Position numbers and translations under genes: made by a program
Part shown: piece after piece, positions 61,121-64,000 of the stretch
How positions within the stretch are numbered: the first letter of the stretch is position 1
Layout of the letters: every line of letters starts with the position of its first letter
The notes under the pieces: generated by a model
Told to the model about the DNA's origin: nothing
Database searches by the model: none
Seen by the model: the letters and a program-made list of their open reading frames with translations, nothing else
NCBI GenBank assembly: GCA_015680685.1
Contig: MNCI01002495.1
Location: 181,961-245,960 of the forward strand
Source of the DNA: Gnetum montanum
Taxonomy: Eukaryota > Plantae > Gnetophyta
Direction of reading: 5' to 3'
Length of the DNA stretch: 64,000 nucleotides

Positions 61121-64000
61121 TGATGAGACATGAAATTGCTCATATTTCTAGCAGTCGCGTTAAGGCACCCACGATAAGGCACCCACGTTAATGCACCCAT
61201 GTTATATCGCAGTCTTCCCCGCGATATCGCAGTCAGCCGCAATTTCTATAAATAAGAGGCAGCTCTCCCTCATTTTCATCCCAGTTTTAAAGTAGCAAAG
61301 CTCTGGTAGTTTGATCCCTCCAGAGTTAGAATTTTTCGCGTGTCTGCCCGCGGTGTGGTGAATGTGATTGTACAGTGTCTTTATTCGAGTGTGCCGTACT
61401 TGGACACGCACATGACCGGCAATAAAGATCAAGATTACTTCATCATTGTAGCATTCACTTAGTTTATTTATTTGTTATTTATTTAATGTTATTTATTGCT
61501 TTCATAGCACGGTGTGAGTACGACTTAACTACGAGCATCTACGGGTGTGTACGGCTAGTTAAGGAATCGGTTACTCATCACGATTAGTCTCTCACCCTTA
61601 AACTCCTAGAAGCGGAACGCGTATGACTTGATTACGAGCATTTAAGTGTGACTGCTTAGTAGCCCAGTGGTGTAGCTAGGGGGATCTACGCTTGGTAACC
61701 TAGTGGCGTATTTGGGGTCTGCGCTTGGTAATCCCAGTGGCGTACCTAGGCCTATGCTTGGTAGTCCCAGTGGCAGTCGTGCACGAAGTCCAAGATGTGT
61801 ATGGTTGATCAAGGAATCGGTTGCTCGTCGCACTTAGGCTAGATTAGATTTTCTTACCCTTTTCCTCTTAGCTTAGCTTTGTTAATATTATTTTCCACTA
61901 CCACTAGGAGTAGCGTTAGAATTAGAACACATCATACTCCTCATCTAGACTAAACCATACGTGACATATGCAAAACTAGTCTAGATGGGAAGACAACGAA
62001 CTGCGACCTAAGGCTAACTATCTAGGTGCCACAACTAGTCCATCTGTGGAGTTCGACCGGATCGCGTGTGTGACGCTTGTTTCGTAAGGTTGAGTGTAGG
62101 GGTACCTCGCCACTCATCATTGGCGNNNNNNNNNNNNNNNNNNNNNNNNNNNNNNNNNNNNNNNNNNNNNNNNNNNNNNNNNNNNNNNNNNNNNNNNNNC
62201 GATGAACCCCCACTGGCCACTACAAGCTTAACGCAAATACAAGAGGCCGTTCGAATCTCACGTAGGCATCGTAAAGAGAGCCATCTACCCAGGCTCGATT
62301 TAAACAACTTTCCTACTTTTTCAGGAGGCTATGACTTAGATCCATATCAACATTTACAAGCCTTCTACGATGCCTGTACATGGAACAACATTGATAACGG
62401 GTGGCAAAAACTTAAGCTCTTTCCTATGACACTCGTTGACCAAGCTAAAGTATGGTATAGATCGTTAAAACCAAATTCAATACGATGTTGGTCAACAATG
62501 GTAGAGGTCTTTAACGAAAAATATCAAACCTACGTAGGAGTATCAGCCTTGAGGAAACAAATCCAAGGATGGAAACAAGCACAAAATGAACCCTTGGACA
62601 TGGCCTTGGAAAGATATTATGCACTGTTAAATAATTGTCCAAGCCATGGGTTTTCTGAGGAAAGGCTAATGTATCATATCATTGATGGGCTACGTAATGA
62701 AACGAGAGAGACTTTAGGAGTATATGCCCAAGGTCAACTATATAACCTACGAACCCACCAAATCCAAGAGCTTATTCAATGGGTAGCAAAAGAAGGAGGA
62801 GAAATGGCTAGATGGGAGAGTATTGAAAAACATCAACGGGACCAAAATCACAACTCAACAAAGCTCCAAGATCATAATAAGGAGAGATCAACAAATCGCA
62901 AGGTGGAAACATCATCTTTGCCAATACAACAATTGTTAGAAGAAGCTGAGGCAAAGATCAATAAGATGTTGGAATGGATGAATCAAAAGTGTGGAGAATA
63001 TATTAACATCATTGGAGATAAAGTTTTGACAACCCAGGAAGCAGGACAAAACATTAGACAATCGGAAAGAAGGGATAAAGAAAAGAAGAGCTCAACTACC
63101 AATTATACATATGAATGCAACATATGCCTGTACGATCATCCCAAGGGTTAATGCCCAATCTTGTCACATTTATATGAGCATTGGGAAAACGTGTTACATC
63201 CAGAGTTCGTATAGAGATACTGTGTTCGATCACAGTGGCAACAATCCCAGTCGTGGGGGGGACCACCCTTAGACTGGAGGCACCCTTCATATTTTCTGAA
63301 TCCAAATGCTTATCATGTTCAACCTCCTGTTTCTCCAACTGAGCCAACATACTTTGTCTCACCACACTACGATTCTCCAAAATACTATCAACCCATGCCT
63401 CCAACACAACCACCACGTTGTGCATCTTATCCTTCTCCTAACTTTCAACATTCTCATCCTTTCCCTCCTTATACATCGCCACCAACTGTCCCTTACGTAC
63501 CTGCACCACCGCAACCCATGAACAACACTTGTGCTACTGCTACTAACAGCAATGAAGAGCCTCCTCAACATCAAAAGCGTCCTTTCTTTAAACACGACCG
63601 TAGGAAGGACAACACAATCCTGAGGTCACTGCACCTTCCAACCCAGCATAAGTCCAACCCTGTAGTGCACCTCTACCTTCGAACCCAACACCTCATGTAA
63701 CTTTATCAGGGCCACCAACTAACACTCCAATAACCATACAGCCCAATGAACACAACCATGGGAGACATCAACCCAATCCTTGCATACCATCTAACAGTCA
63801 CAAACATCATAGTGGGTCAACTCATTATCTAGGAACTACATCGTATGAAGTGCCCCACTATGCTTACTACAATCAAGTGTGTGAACCCCAATGGGGTGAG
63901 TATGGACCAGTTCCAATATTTCCAACATGCAAGGATCCTCAACCTTCATTTATTAATCCTTGCATACCATTCGGTCCTAAACATCATAGTGGGTCAACTC
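61121..64000 (+). mobile_element. Athila-related element (copy D), B-like gag, younger; LTR 61121-62119, PBS start TGGCG, gag from ~62200; runs off the window
   Basis: TGATGAG...CTCATCA T TGGCG. Gag frame is open from the gap to 63151 (LKLFPMTLVDQAKVWYRSLKPNSIRCW...CNICLYDHPKG) and colinear with element B gag. LTR retains CpGs. Confidence 0.92.
62200..63151 (+). pseudogene. gag: gag of element D (premature TAA at 63149-63151 where B has CAA)
   Basis: Retrotrans_gag-like motifs. Homology to B gag continues past the stop, inside the CX2CX3HX4C knuckle. Confidence 0.85.

Overview
AT-rich land-plant nuclear DNA from a gapped draft assembly (N-gaps at 23250-23396, 37622-37661, 54512-54844, 62126-62199). 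Most of the window is old, nested, CpG/CHG-decayed retroelements: (i) five Athila-type Ty3/gypsy insertions sharing TGATGAG...CTCATCA LTR ends, four with a tRNA-Asp-type PBS. These are a degenerate gag-pol copy at 1-7906, a solo LTR with CTTGG TSD, a complete 5.9-kb pol-less copy with ACTAG TSD, and two truncated gag-bearing copies. (ii) A degenerate L1 LINE (about 18.3-30.5 kb) that hosts the pol-less element. (iii) Two inverted copies of a Tat/Ogre-like family. One has gag-protease but no RT/RH/INT and is followed by an antisense multi-exon ORF with an NLS. The other carries a ~183-bp-period array of palindromic hairpins. (iv) A full-length degenerate Ty1/copia element sitting in an intron of that antisense ORF. 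(v) tRNA-derived SINE-like remnants. CpG-retaining islands hold the host genes: an intronless plant calmodulin-binding-domain protein (10284-11198) with a DRE/ABRE/CGCG promoter cluster, and a two-exon 73-aa microprotein ending KFIPRFDGLRFLETLVTAHR that the ORF track missed (31165-32670). A possible minus-strand exon (11789-12082) and a weak PPR-like remnant (55603-56404) are low-confidence calls. All family assignments come from manual motif reading; no database searches were run.
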